DNA from: a virus
IMG/VR virus record: IMGVR_UViG_3300004481_000286
Coordinates: 1 to 40,546 of that record
Strand: one strand, 5' to 3'
Length of the DNA: 40,546 nt
The notes beneath the pieces are model-generated. The model saw nothing but the letters and a program-made list of their open reading frames with translations. It did not search any database and was not told where the DNA came from. The translations under genes and the position numbers were made by a program. Every line of letters begins with the position of its first letter. Position 1 is the stretch's first letter. Of the stretch, positions 23,469-30,572 are shown piece by piece.

Positions 23469-24511
23469 TAATAATCCCAGCGGACTTTAGGGCGGCCTTT
23501 GCGTATTCCTAAATGTACGAATCCTTTGGGCGCTCCATACCCTAATGAATACGGCCAATTGGCATCGCACCATTCCTGGACGTGGTTGATATTGACCTCG
23601 CGGATGTACCAATCAACAGCCCCAACGCTAGGCGCATCGTATAAGTGCTCACTGGCGCTAGATCCGCCTACAGCTGCATTGATGGCACGCGGGCGGTAGC
23701 CGCTGGTGATCACCACTGGTTTGCCGCCAAATTGCGCACGGGCACGCTCGATAAAGGCAGCCAGCTCAGCTGCGGTGTCCACCTGATGCTGATGCTGAAA
23801 CCGCCGCGCCTCTTGCCATAGCGCAAACTCGCCGAGCTGGATATGCGGCGTAATGCGCGCATCAAATGGACTACCGGGTGACAGCTTGACGGCGCTCTGC
23901 TGAACCTGTGGCAAGCCTTTGGCCCATAGTTTACCTTCAGCCTCGCGGCGACGCTTGAGGCCTGCCTCGAAGCTGCTGCCAGGGTTGCGGTACAGCAACA
24001 GTGCTTCGGGTACACCACGCCAATCTTTATCTTTTAGCCGCTTGCTGATGGTTTCAAATCCTGCAGCACCGTAGAAGCCAGCGCCAAGGTTGTAAGCAAA
24101 AGAGATCAATGCCGCCTGCTGGTTAGCTGACATCTCATTCCAATGCGGGATGCTGCGCAGCCGCTCAACGATGCGGTCGATTTCACGCGCCAGCATCTGC
24201 TCAGCTTGCGCTTGCGTGATGGTGTCGCCTTGCTTGACGCCAGTGGTGGTGCCGTAGCCGATGGTCCACACGCCAGCGGGGCACTTGTAGGCGGTTAAGT
24301 GGCAGCCCTCAAACTCTTTAATGAGCTTGATGGCGGCGCTGTGGTCCTGCTGCTTACCGGACTGCTGCCAAGTCTTGTACCACGGCTGATCCCTATTAAA
24401 GATTTGCGGTGCAACCTTTAATAGCTCAGCCTCTAATTCAACGACTGCCGCCATTTGATGTGGCGCGCCATGCTTGTAATACCGGAACAAATCCGACAGC
24501 TTAATTGTCAT
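23468..24511 (-). CDS. bifunctional endolysin: GH24 lysozyme domain plus C-terminal M15-type zinc peptidase domain
   Basis: IKEFEGCHLTAYKCPAGVWTIGYGTT...ALISFAYNLG is the T4-lysozyme-like domain. GKPVVITSGYRPRAINAAVGGSSASEH...AVDWY...FVHLG is the Peptidase_M15 H/D/H pattern. Confidence 0.85.
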   Translation of the reverse strand: MTIKLSDLFRYYKHGAPHQMAAVVELEAELLKVAPQIFNRDQPWYKTWQQSGKQQDHSAAIKLIKEFEGCHLTAYKCPAGVWTIGYGTTTGVKQGDTITQAQAEQMLAREIDRIVERLRSIPHWNEMSANQQAALISFAYNLGAGFYGAAGFETISKRLKDKDWRGVPEALLLYRNPGSSFEAGLKRRREAEGKLWAKGLPQVQQSAVKLSPGSPFDARITPHIQLGEFALWQEARRFQHQHQVDTAAELAAFIERARAQFGGKPVVITSGYRPRAINAAVGGSSASEHLYDAPSVGAVDWYIREVNINHVQEWCDANWPYSLGYGAPKGFVHLGIRKGRPKVRWDY

Positions 24512-24777
24512 TTCTTGAATGCTTTGACAGTTGCGCTGATGGGGTTATAAAGACCAATGACTGCATCAATTTGCGTCTTTAGTGCAGGCTTGCCAGTGGC
24601 ATCGCTGATGGCGGCGCTAATTGCGCGGCCAATGACTTCAGGTGGTGCACCATGCTCAATCAGCTTGGGCACATCTTGATCGATCTTGCCATAAACCGCT
24701 GGCAAGTTATCGCGCAGCATTTGATCCATCGCTGCTCTGAGTAGCCACTTGGCGGCTCTAATCAGGAGTGCTTTCAT
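24508..24777 (-). CDS. hypothetical protein in the lysis cassette
   Basis: The internal ATG of ORF 24508-24813 gives MKALLIRAAKWLL.... It is coupled to the genes on both sides. Confidence 0.45.
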   Translation of the reverse strand: MKALLIRAAKWLLRAAMDQMLRDNLPAVYGKIDQDVPKLIEHGAPPEVIGRAISAAISDATGKPALKTQIDAVIGLYNPISATVKAFKK

Positions 24778-24992
24778 GGTTTGTTGCCGGTAATTGGCGA
24801 ATCCGCCAGCCATGCCAATAGCGTAGCTGGTATGGCCGTTGCTGCGCCACGAAGTTCAGATCGTTGCGGTTCACAGCTGGCATTGATTGAACGCAAGCAA
24901 AGGAATAGATCTGTTATCACAACGCAACCCCATACCCCATAAACCACTAACACCGATCGGATGATGATTGCCGCGTACGGGTGATCCTTCAT
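24774..24992 (-). CDS. membrane protein, holin candidate
   Basis: 72 aa with the hydrophobic stretch AAIIIRSVLVVYGVWGCVVITDLFLCL. It lies upstream of the endolysin. Confidence 0.5.
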   Translation of the reverse strand: MKDHPYAAIIIRSVLVVYGVWGCVVITDLFLCLRSINASCEPQRSELRGAATAIPATLLAWLADSPITGNKP

Positions 24993-24994
24993 CG

Positions 24995-25237
24995 CTAGTG
25001 GTTAGCTTCCAGCTTTGTCACGCGCTGCTCAACTGTATTCAATCTTTGAAATGTTTCACGGCGATCATCTTTGATGTCGGTGTGTAGCACTTCCAGTTGC
25101 GTAGCGATATGCTCTACCGCTGAGGTTAAGCGGATGACGGCATCGCGTGCTTCATCATTGCGCCGCGTGAACCCCATGGCACCCATTGCGGCCACGCTGA
25201 TAGATGCTCCGGCGACAGCAGCGATGACTTCGATCAT
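24995..25237 (-). CDS. N-terminally anchored coiled-coil membrane protein (holin/antiholin or spanin-like candidate)
   Basis: 80 aa. The N-terminal transmembrane segment is IEVIAAVAGASISVAAMGAMGF. The remainder is helical (LEVLHTDIKDDRRETFQRLNTVEQRVTKLE). Confidence 0.5.
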   Translation of the reverse strand: MIEVIAAVAGASISVAAMGAMGFTRRNDEARDAVIRLTSAVEHIATQLEVLHTDIKDDRRETFQRLNTVEQRVTKLEANH

Positions 25238-25250
25238 GATGGCAGTCTAG

Positions 25251-25385
25251 CTATTTGCCTTGGCCACGCAGTAGCTTACGACTGCCGCGTGGCTTGCTAC
25301 GGCGACCATTACCTTGGTGGGTTGTCTTTTTGACCGGATCCTTGCGGATGGTGCCCGACAGGCCAGTTTTTGCTTTTACTGCCAT
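25251..25385 (-). CDS. 44-aa highly basic peptide (absent from the ORF track)
   Basis: My own translation is MAVKAKTGLSGTIRKDPVKKTTHQGNGRRSKPRGSRKLLRGQGK. Its start overlaps the stop of the upstream gene (TAATG). Confidence 0.35.
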   Translation of the reverse strand: MAVKAKTGLSGTIRKDPVKKTTHQGNGRRSKPRGSRKLLRGQGK

Positions 25386-25879
25386 TACGGTGCCTCAGGC
25401 CAAGTGATCTCCCACGGGAAGCCCGCCTGTGCGGTCACATCCCGCAGCTCCTGGCGGTAAGTGGCCCAGACGGTGCTATCCACGGGTGCATCAGGGAGTT
25501 GGGTCCAGTCGCAGTCAGCAAGGCGCTTGTTGCGATCCTCGCGGACAGCCTTGCCCTGCGCTGCATCCTTGGTGAAGCAATAGGCCTCGTATTGCTCAGC
25601 GGCGGTATGCACCACGCCTTCGTCGTCGGTGTAGTCGGTGAAGACCGGGCCTGCGATGTAGTGGGTGAACCACTGCCCGTTGATCTCAACCACGCCGTCG
25701 CGTTGGCTGTACTGATACGGCGGGATGGTGGTGGCTTGTGGACCTTCGAGCACCGGGTCATACCCGAAGCTGTCGATGATCTCTGCCGTCAGTTGCGGCG
25801 GAAAGCTGGTCTGGGGATTCTCAGCGCGGAACTGAGAATCGGTGATGACGGCGCCAGTGGCGCGATTACGAAGTTCCAT
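25385..25879 (-). CDS. tail fibre assembly protein / chaperone
   Basis: The C-terminal RNKRLADCDWTQLPDAPVDSTVWATYRQELRDV resembles the tail-fibre-assembly motif (from memory). It lies directly downstream of the fibre genes. Confidence 0.65.
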   Translation of the reverse strand: MELRNRATGAVITDSQFRAENPQTSFPPQLTAEIIDSFGYDPVLEGPQATTIPPYQYSQRDGVVEINGQWFTHYIAGPVFTDYTDDEGVVHTAAEQYEAYCFTKDAAQGKAVREDRNKRLADCDWTQLPDAPVDSTVWATYRQELRDVTAQAGFPWEITWPEAP

Positions 25880-25881
25880 GA

Positions 25882-27795
25882 TTAAGCGATAGCGAGGAAG
25901 ATAAAGCTGCCACCGCTTGCATTGATGGCGGCAGGGGCGGTGGAGCTGATCTGGAAGCCAGAACTCAGCGGGTCGATGTAGTCCGTTGAGGTGACTTCTG
26001 CATCGGGGGAGTTGAGCAGCAGGTAGGGGTCGTTACCGCTGACGATGCCGCGAGCGGTGTCCCAGACGTACCAGTCACCACTTGAATCTGTGCGCTTGAT
26101 CAGCACGAACCGTGCGCCTGCTGTAAACCCGCAATCAACGTTGAGCGTGGTGCCGGTGCCGGTGTAGCTGCCGACTTTGCTGACGCCGGGGCAGGTGGCG
26201 AAGAGGTAGGCGATGTAGGTGTTTGCAGAAGCGTTGTATCTGGAAGTAGTTGAGCCAAGCGAGATGCTTGTAGCTGTAGGCGCAATCTTTGAGGAGTCGT
26301 TCCCCAAAAAGCCAGCTCCCGCATCAAAGAATGCGTTGGAACTGCTGAAGTTGACGGCATAAGAGCCGCTGATTAGCGAAGGGACACCTGCTATCCAGTA
26401 ACCACTTGCACCCCTATTCTTGATAATGACGATTTCAGGAGCTACTCCCAGGTTGTGATTAACGGTAAGCGCAGCTCCCGTCCCCGTATACGCCACCACG
26501 TCGAAGAAGCCGGGGGCGCGGCGGAAGAGCATTGAGAAGCTGGCTGTTAGATTTCCCGTTGTATTTACAAAGCCGTTTTGGAAGTCAAACGTATTTGCAG
26601 CTTGTCCGGCTGTAACCTCTGCGGCAATACTTGCTGGATTTAGATACCCTATACCCGTTATTCTAGAGGTAACATATCCTAGATTTTGAACAGAAAGGTT
26701 CCCGAATTGGAAACCAGTATCTACCGGGAAGCCGGAAACGTATCCCGGCGCGATTCCGTCAGCATCACCAAAGGTGGCCTTAAACACCTTCGTCGCATCG
26801 GTGGGCGTCTTCATCGGCCCGCGTCGGATGGCGATGTAGATGCACGGATATGTACCGCCAAAACTGGTTTGCGTAAAACCGGTGGCTTCAAAACTAATGC
26901 CGCCGCCGACTGCCTCTGCATTGGCTAAATTGGGAAACAGACTACGCGCAGAACCAGCACCAGCGGGTTGTGCCATGCCGCGCATATTGTCGTACATTTC
27001 CCAGTTATACGTTTGGGTGTACGGTTTAATCAAAAGCCACTGAGGTTCCCAGCCGAGATCAACAAACCCTGTACCACTAAACGTCCCACACTTCACCACA
27101 CTCTCCGACCCGCTATCGCCAAACCCGCCAGCGTCGTGCGCGAACAGGTAGGCGACGTAGGTGCCGCCGGAGGCGTTCACAGTGGCGTCAGTACCGAGGC
27201 TGAAGACGGTGCTGGTTGGTGTTGTTGAGTTCCAGCGGGTTGTTCCAGTTGCTTTTGCTGCAGTGCTGTTGAGCACGATGTATTCGGTGTTGGCAAGGCT
27301 GCGGTGGTAGACCTGCCAGTCGCCAGTGGTGTCGGTGCGCTTGACGATGATCGTGCCAGGTACGCTGCCAAGGTTGTGGGCGATGGTGCGGTTGCTGCCG
27401 TTGCCCGTATAAGTCACCACATCAAAGAACTTCTCCGCCTTGCGGAAGGTCCAGGAGGCGTAGGTGGCTGCGTTTGTGCTGTAGTCAGCGTCAGCACCAA
27501 GAGCAAAGCCAGTAGAGCTGAAACTAGTAAGACCAGTGGATTCAGTTACTTCTGCTGTGGTGCTGTTGGATTCCAGCGACTTTGTGGCGCCTCTTGCGGT
27601 ATCTGTAAGGCGGTGCCCAGTTGCACCACTGCGCCCCTTAATCCAAACCAACCCACCTTTGCCGCTTAGATCAATCCCATTCGTGATCGTCTGCGTGCCG
27701 CCGTTGCCGGTGTAGAGGTAGGTGCTGAATACGTCCTCAACGTAAACCGCAGGCGGCGCTGATACTGATGCGCTTAGTAGTGCTTTAGCTGACAT
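25882..27795 (-). CDS. tail fibre / receptor-binding protein built from repeated ~100-aa YTG(N/T)G modules
   Basis: 637 aa. Recurring blocks are YLYTGNGGTQTI, FFDVVTYTGNGSNRTIAHNLG, CGTFSGTGFVDLG, FFDVVAYTGTGAALTVNHNLG and VGSYTGTGTTLNVDCG. Each block is followed by a ...TYVAYLFA-type ending. Confidence 0.75.
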   Translation of the reverse strand: MSAKALLSASVSAPPAVYVEDVFSTYLYTGNGGTQTITNGIDLSGKGGLVWIKGRSGATGHRLTDTARGATKSLESNSTTAEVTESTGLTSFSSTGFALGADADYSTNAATYASWTFRKAEKFFDVVTYTGNGSNRTIAHNLGSVPGTIIVKRTDTTGDWQVYHRSLANTEYIVLNSTAAKATGTTRWNSTTPTSTVFSLGTDATVNASGGTYVAYLFAHDAGGFGDSGSESVVKCGTFSGTGFVDLGWEPQWLLIKPYTQTYNWEMYDNMRGMAQPAGAGSARSLFPNLANAEAVGGGISFEATGFTQTSFGGTYPCIYIAIRRGPMKTPTDATKVFKATFGDADGIAPGYVSGFPVDTGFQFGNLSVQNLGYVTSRITGIGYLNPASIAAEVTAGQAANTFDFQNGFVNTTGNLTASFSMLFRRAPGFFDVVAYTGTGAALTVNHNLGVAPEIVIIKNRGASGYWIAGVPSLISGSYAVNFSSSNAFFDAGAGFLGNDSSKIAPTATSISLGSTTSRYNASANTYIAYLFATCPGVSKVGSYTGTGTTLNVDCGFTAGARFVLIKRTDSSGDWYVWDTARGIVSGNDPYLLLNSPDAEVTSTDYIDPLSSGFQISSTAPAAINASGGSFIFLAIA

Positions 27796-28250
27796 TACGC
27801 ATCACCTACGCGAGCGCCGTACACCTGAGTGCCGACTTTCCACAGCACAATCACGGTGTAGCCGGTGGTATTAAGTGTCGGGGCAACACCTGCGTTGGTC
27901 TTCCACACCACACCAGAGCCGCCGAAGGTGGCGTCGCTCCAGGTGAGCGTGTAAGCCGACCCATCATCCACCATCAGCGTGATCGACTCACCTGCCACCA
28001 TGTTGGTGGCTTTGGGTGTGCGGCTAGCCCCAAGCGTGATCAGCTGGACGCTGCCATTGCCGGGGTCGATCTCAAAGGCTGCCCCATCGGTGATGGTGAA
28101 CACGTCCTCAAGGATCGTGCCGATGATGGCTGGGTCGGTGAGGGTCTTGTTGGTGAGGGTGCTGGTGCTTGCTGCTGTGATCAGGTTATCGACATCCACC
28201 ACCTGAGTGCTGGACTCAATCTGATCAACCTTGACTTTTCCGAAGGCCAT
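27795..28250 (-). CDS. tail fibre-associated structural protein
   Basis: 151 aa and Thr/Gly/Val-rich beta-type composition. It is coupled to the flanking fibre genes. Confidence 0.55.
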   Translation of the reverse strand: MAFGKVKVDQIESSTQVVDVDNLITAASTSTLTNKTLTDPAIIGTILEDVFTITDGAAFEIDPGNGSVQLITLGASRTPKATNMVAGESITLMVDDGSAYTLTWSDATFGGSGVVWKTNAGVAPTLNTTGYTVIVLWKVGTQVYGARVGDA

Positions 28251-29698
28251 TAGATGATCGCCCAGACGGCGCCAGCGGGGACAGTAACAGAGAAGCCAGC
28301 AGACACCACGACAGGCCCTGCGGATACCCCATTGTAACCAGTGCTCAGGGTGTAGTTTGCACTGATCGTCTGCTGGCTTTCAAGGATTGGCCCTGATACT
28401 GATGGGCTCACCCAGCCAAGCGCACCAGATCCATTGGTCTTAAGCACCTGATCAGCCGTACCATCGGCTGCCGGTAGCGTCCAGGTCACGTTGTCGCTAA
28501 CCGTGGCAGGCGCCTGGAATGCCACCCAGTTGCTGCTGTCGGCATCCGCAAAGCGCACATCTGATTGTGCGTTCAACGTGATGTCACCCGTCATGGTGCC
28601 GCCGGCCTTGGGCAGTGCTGCCGCAGCCAGGTTGTACGCATCGAGCGCAGCCAAAGCCACCAGATACACGGAGTTAGGTGTTGCCGCCTCGGTGGTGCTG
28701 TTGCTCGTGGTCGAGTCCCTGAGCTGCACTGCACCTTTCTGCGCAGTGGTGCCGTCTTGAATGCTGATTGCTGGCGTGGTGCCGCCAGTGCTGCTAAGCG
28801 GCGTGCTGGCGGTGACAGCCGTGACAGCGGTGCTGGCGATGCTGATGCTGCCGTCGCCGTTTGTGACCGTGATTGCCGCGCCGGCTGTCAGCGTTGCCTT
28901 GGCCAGCGTGCCATCGGTTTTGCCGATCAGCAGCTGCCCGTTGCTGTAGGTGGTCTGGCCGGTGCCGCCGTAGCCGGTGCCGATTGTGGTGCCATTCCAG
29001 ACGCCAGTGCCGATGGTGCCGACGCTGGTGAGGCTGGAGCTGATAACGCCAGAGCCCAGCGAAGTGGCATCCAAAACCTTGGTGCCAGCAATGCGGTACT
29101 CCTTGGCGCTGGCAATGTTGACGTGCTCGCTCAGCGTCCACGCATCAGTGGCATCGATCCAGTTGATCGTCTTATCGGTGGTGCCCTTCAGCGTGATGCC
29201 GCCGCCGTCGGCTGTGATGTCGCTCGGCGTTACGACTTTGCCGATGACGATGTTCTTATCTTCAACATCCAGCGTCTGGGTGTTGATGATCGTCTCGGTA
29301 CCGTTTACGGTCAGGTCGCCTTGGATAATGACGTTGTTGTCGAACGTCGTTGCGCCCGTAACGTCCAGCGTGCCAGGGATGTCGATGTTGCTGGCCCACT
29401 CGACGCCAGTGCCAGCCGCATCGGTCTGCAGCAGCTGCCGGGGGGTGCCATCAGCCAGCTTGCTGACGGCAATCTCCGCATTACTGGCGATGTCGGCATT
29501 GACCAGCGGATAAGCGCTGATGGACAGGCCAGGGATGTAGCCCAGGCCGTTCCATGCGGTGCTGCCGTCGCCTAGCTTCCATTTCTTGGTGTCTGACTCA
29601 ATCCCGATCTCACCTGCCAGCAGCGTCGGGTTGGCAGCGGTCCAGTTGGCAGCGGTGTCATACCGCTGCTTCATCAATGCCGTAAGAGTTGTGCTCAT
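28250..29698 (-). CDS. tail fibre protein with Mtd/hyaluronidase-type N-terminal domain
   Basis: The N-terminus MKQRYDTAANWTAANPTLLAGEIGIESDTKKWKLGDGSTAWNGLGYI is a widespread phage fibre N-terminal motif. The rest is Thr/Gly/Ala-rich beta-helix-like sequence. Confidence 0.78.
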   Translation of the reverse strand: MSTTLTALMKQRYDTAANWTAANPTLLAGEIGIESDTKKWKLGDGSTAWNGLGYIPGLSISAYPLVNADIASNAEIAVSKLADGTPRQLLQTDAAGTGVEWASNIDIPGTLDVTGATTFDNNVIIQGDLTVNGTETIINTQTLDVEDKNIVIGKVVTPSDITADGGGITLKGTTDKTINWIDATDAWTLSEHVNIASAKEYRIAGTKVLDATSLGSGVISSSLTSVGTIGTGVWNGTTIGTGYGGTGQTTYSNGQLLIGKTDGTLAKATLTAGAAITVTNGDGSISIASTAVTAVTASTPLSSTGGTTPAISIQDGTTAQKGAVQLRDSTTSNSTTEAATPNSVYLVALAALDAYNLAAAALPKAGGTMTGDITLNAQSDVRFADADSSNWVAFQAPATVSDNVTWTLPAADGTADQVLKTNGSGALGWVSPSVSGPILESQQTISANYTLSTGYNGVSAGPVVVSAGFSVTVPAGAVWAII

Positions 29699-30198
29699 GC
29701 CGCCCCTATGGGATTGATGATGTAGTCTCGCGCAGGTGTTGCCGCAGCGCCGCCTGCATCCAATAGATACAGTCTAAGCGGACTGCTAGGCGCCTGCTGC
29801 GCATCAAATATCAAGTCGCCAATATCAATGGGTACGGTTTCAAGTTCAACCTCTACAGTAAATCTATCGAATGATGTATCCGCAATGGTAATCTCGGATG
29901 AATACCGCCAGATAAAATCACTGATCAGTGGAACTGGCGGCGTGACATGATCTCCCCATATTGCAGCTGATAGGTAAAACGTATCAAACGTACCTTGGCG
30001 ATCAATGTAGTGATCTTTGATCAGCAGCATTTGAGCTTCGGTCAAATACTCAAATGACATGCTGAGCGATTGCCCAATACGCCTATTGCCGCGCCTGAAT
30101 CCAGATGACTTGCCGCTTAGGCTGATTTGAAATACAGACGGCAAATCGCCCGGGACATAAAGCCGAGTGGTAGGCGCTAGCGACGGGAAAGTGCTCAT
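29695..30198 (-). CDS. tail tip/baseplate-associated protein, paralogue A
   Basis: 167 aa. It aligns by eye with the 123-aa neighbour on M(S/A)TFP(S/A)L, HY...QG, IW and WRY...RF..EV.L. Confidence 0.55.
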   Translation of the reverse strand: MSTFPSLAPTTRLYVPGDLPSVFQISLSGKSSGFRRGNRRIGQSLSMSFEYLTEAQMLLIKDHYIDRQGTFDTFYLSAAIWGDHVTPPVPLISDFIWRYSSEITIADTSFDRFTVEVELETVPIDIGDLIFDAQQAPSSPLRLYLLDAGGAAATPARDYIINPIGAA

Positions 30199-30200
30199 GG

Positions 30201-30572
30201 CTAGATGATTGCGCTTTGCAGCGTTACTTCTAAGCTAAAGCGGTTGACTGCAGAAGGCGTCACCGACAGCCCGCCAGCATATCGCCATTCATAATCAACC
30301 TCGCTAACGGGCACGGTTGTGTAACCAGACCAGATAATTGCCGGCAGTGGAAATGACAGCAAGCTGCCCTGTTGCTCTTCGTAGTGGTTGTAGATCAAAT
30401 ACAGATCTGACTCGCTGATGCTGATGTATGCCAACGTCAGCGTTTGATCTACTCGCTTTGTACCTTGCAAAAACCTTACATTTGCGCCGCTAACAGCGTT
30501 GTATTCCAGTTGCGGCGTATTGCCGAGACTCAGTGATCTACCGTTTGGCTTCAGCGCAGGGAAGGTAGCCAT
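30201..30572 (-). CDS. tail tip/baseplate-associated protein, paralogue B
   Basis: 123 aa, paralogous to 29695-30198. Confidence 0.55.
   Translation of the reverse strand: MATFPALKPNGRSLSLGNTPQLEYNAVSGANVRFLQGTKRVDQTLTLAYISISESDLYLIYNHYEEQQGSLLSFPLPAIIWSGYTTVPVSEVDYEWRYAGGLSVTPSAVNRFSLEVTLQSAII

Noticed and set aside
25370-25885. 171-aa plus-strand ORF opposite the tail fibre assembly gene
   Set aside because: It is an antisense artefact. The minus-strand product carries the recognisable fibre-assembly C-terminal motif and is coupled to its neighbours.
28565-29575. 336-aa plus-strand ORF, with shorter ones nearby, opposite the tail fibre gene
   Set aside because: It is Ala/Arg/Gly-rich low-complexity sequence and fully antisense to a gene with clear fibre motifs. 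This is the typical stop-codon-poor antisense frame of GC-rich DNA.
28250-29698. Possible diversity-generating retroelement, prompted by the Mtd-type N-terminal domain of the fibre
   Set aside because: No reverse transcriptase gene is present in the genome. I found no template or variable repeat pair near the fibre 3' end.
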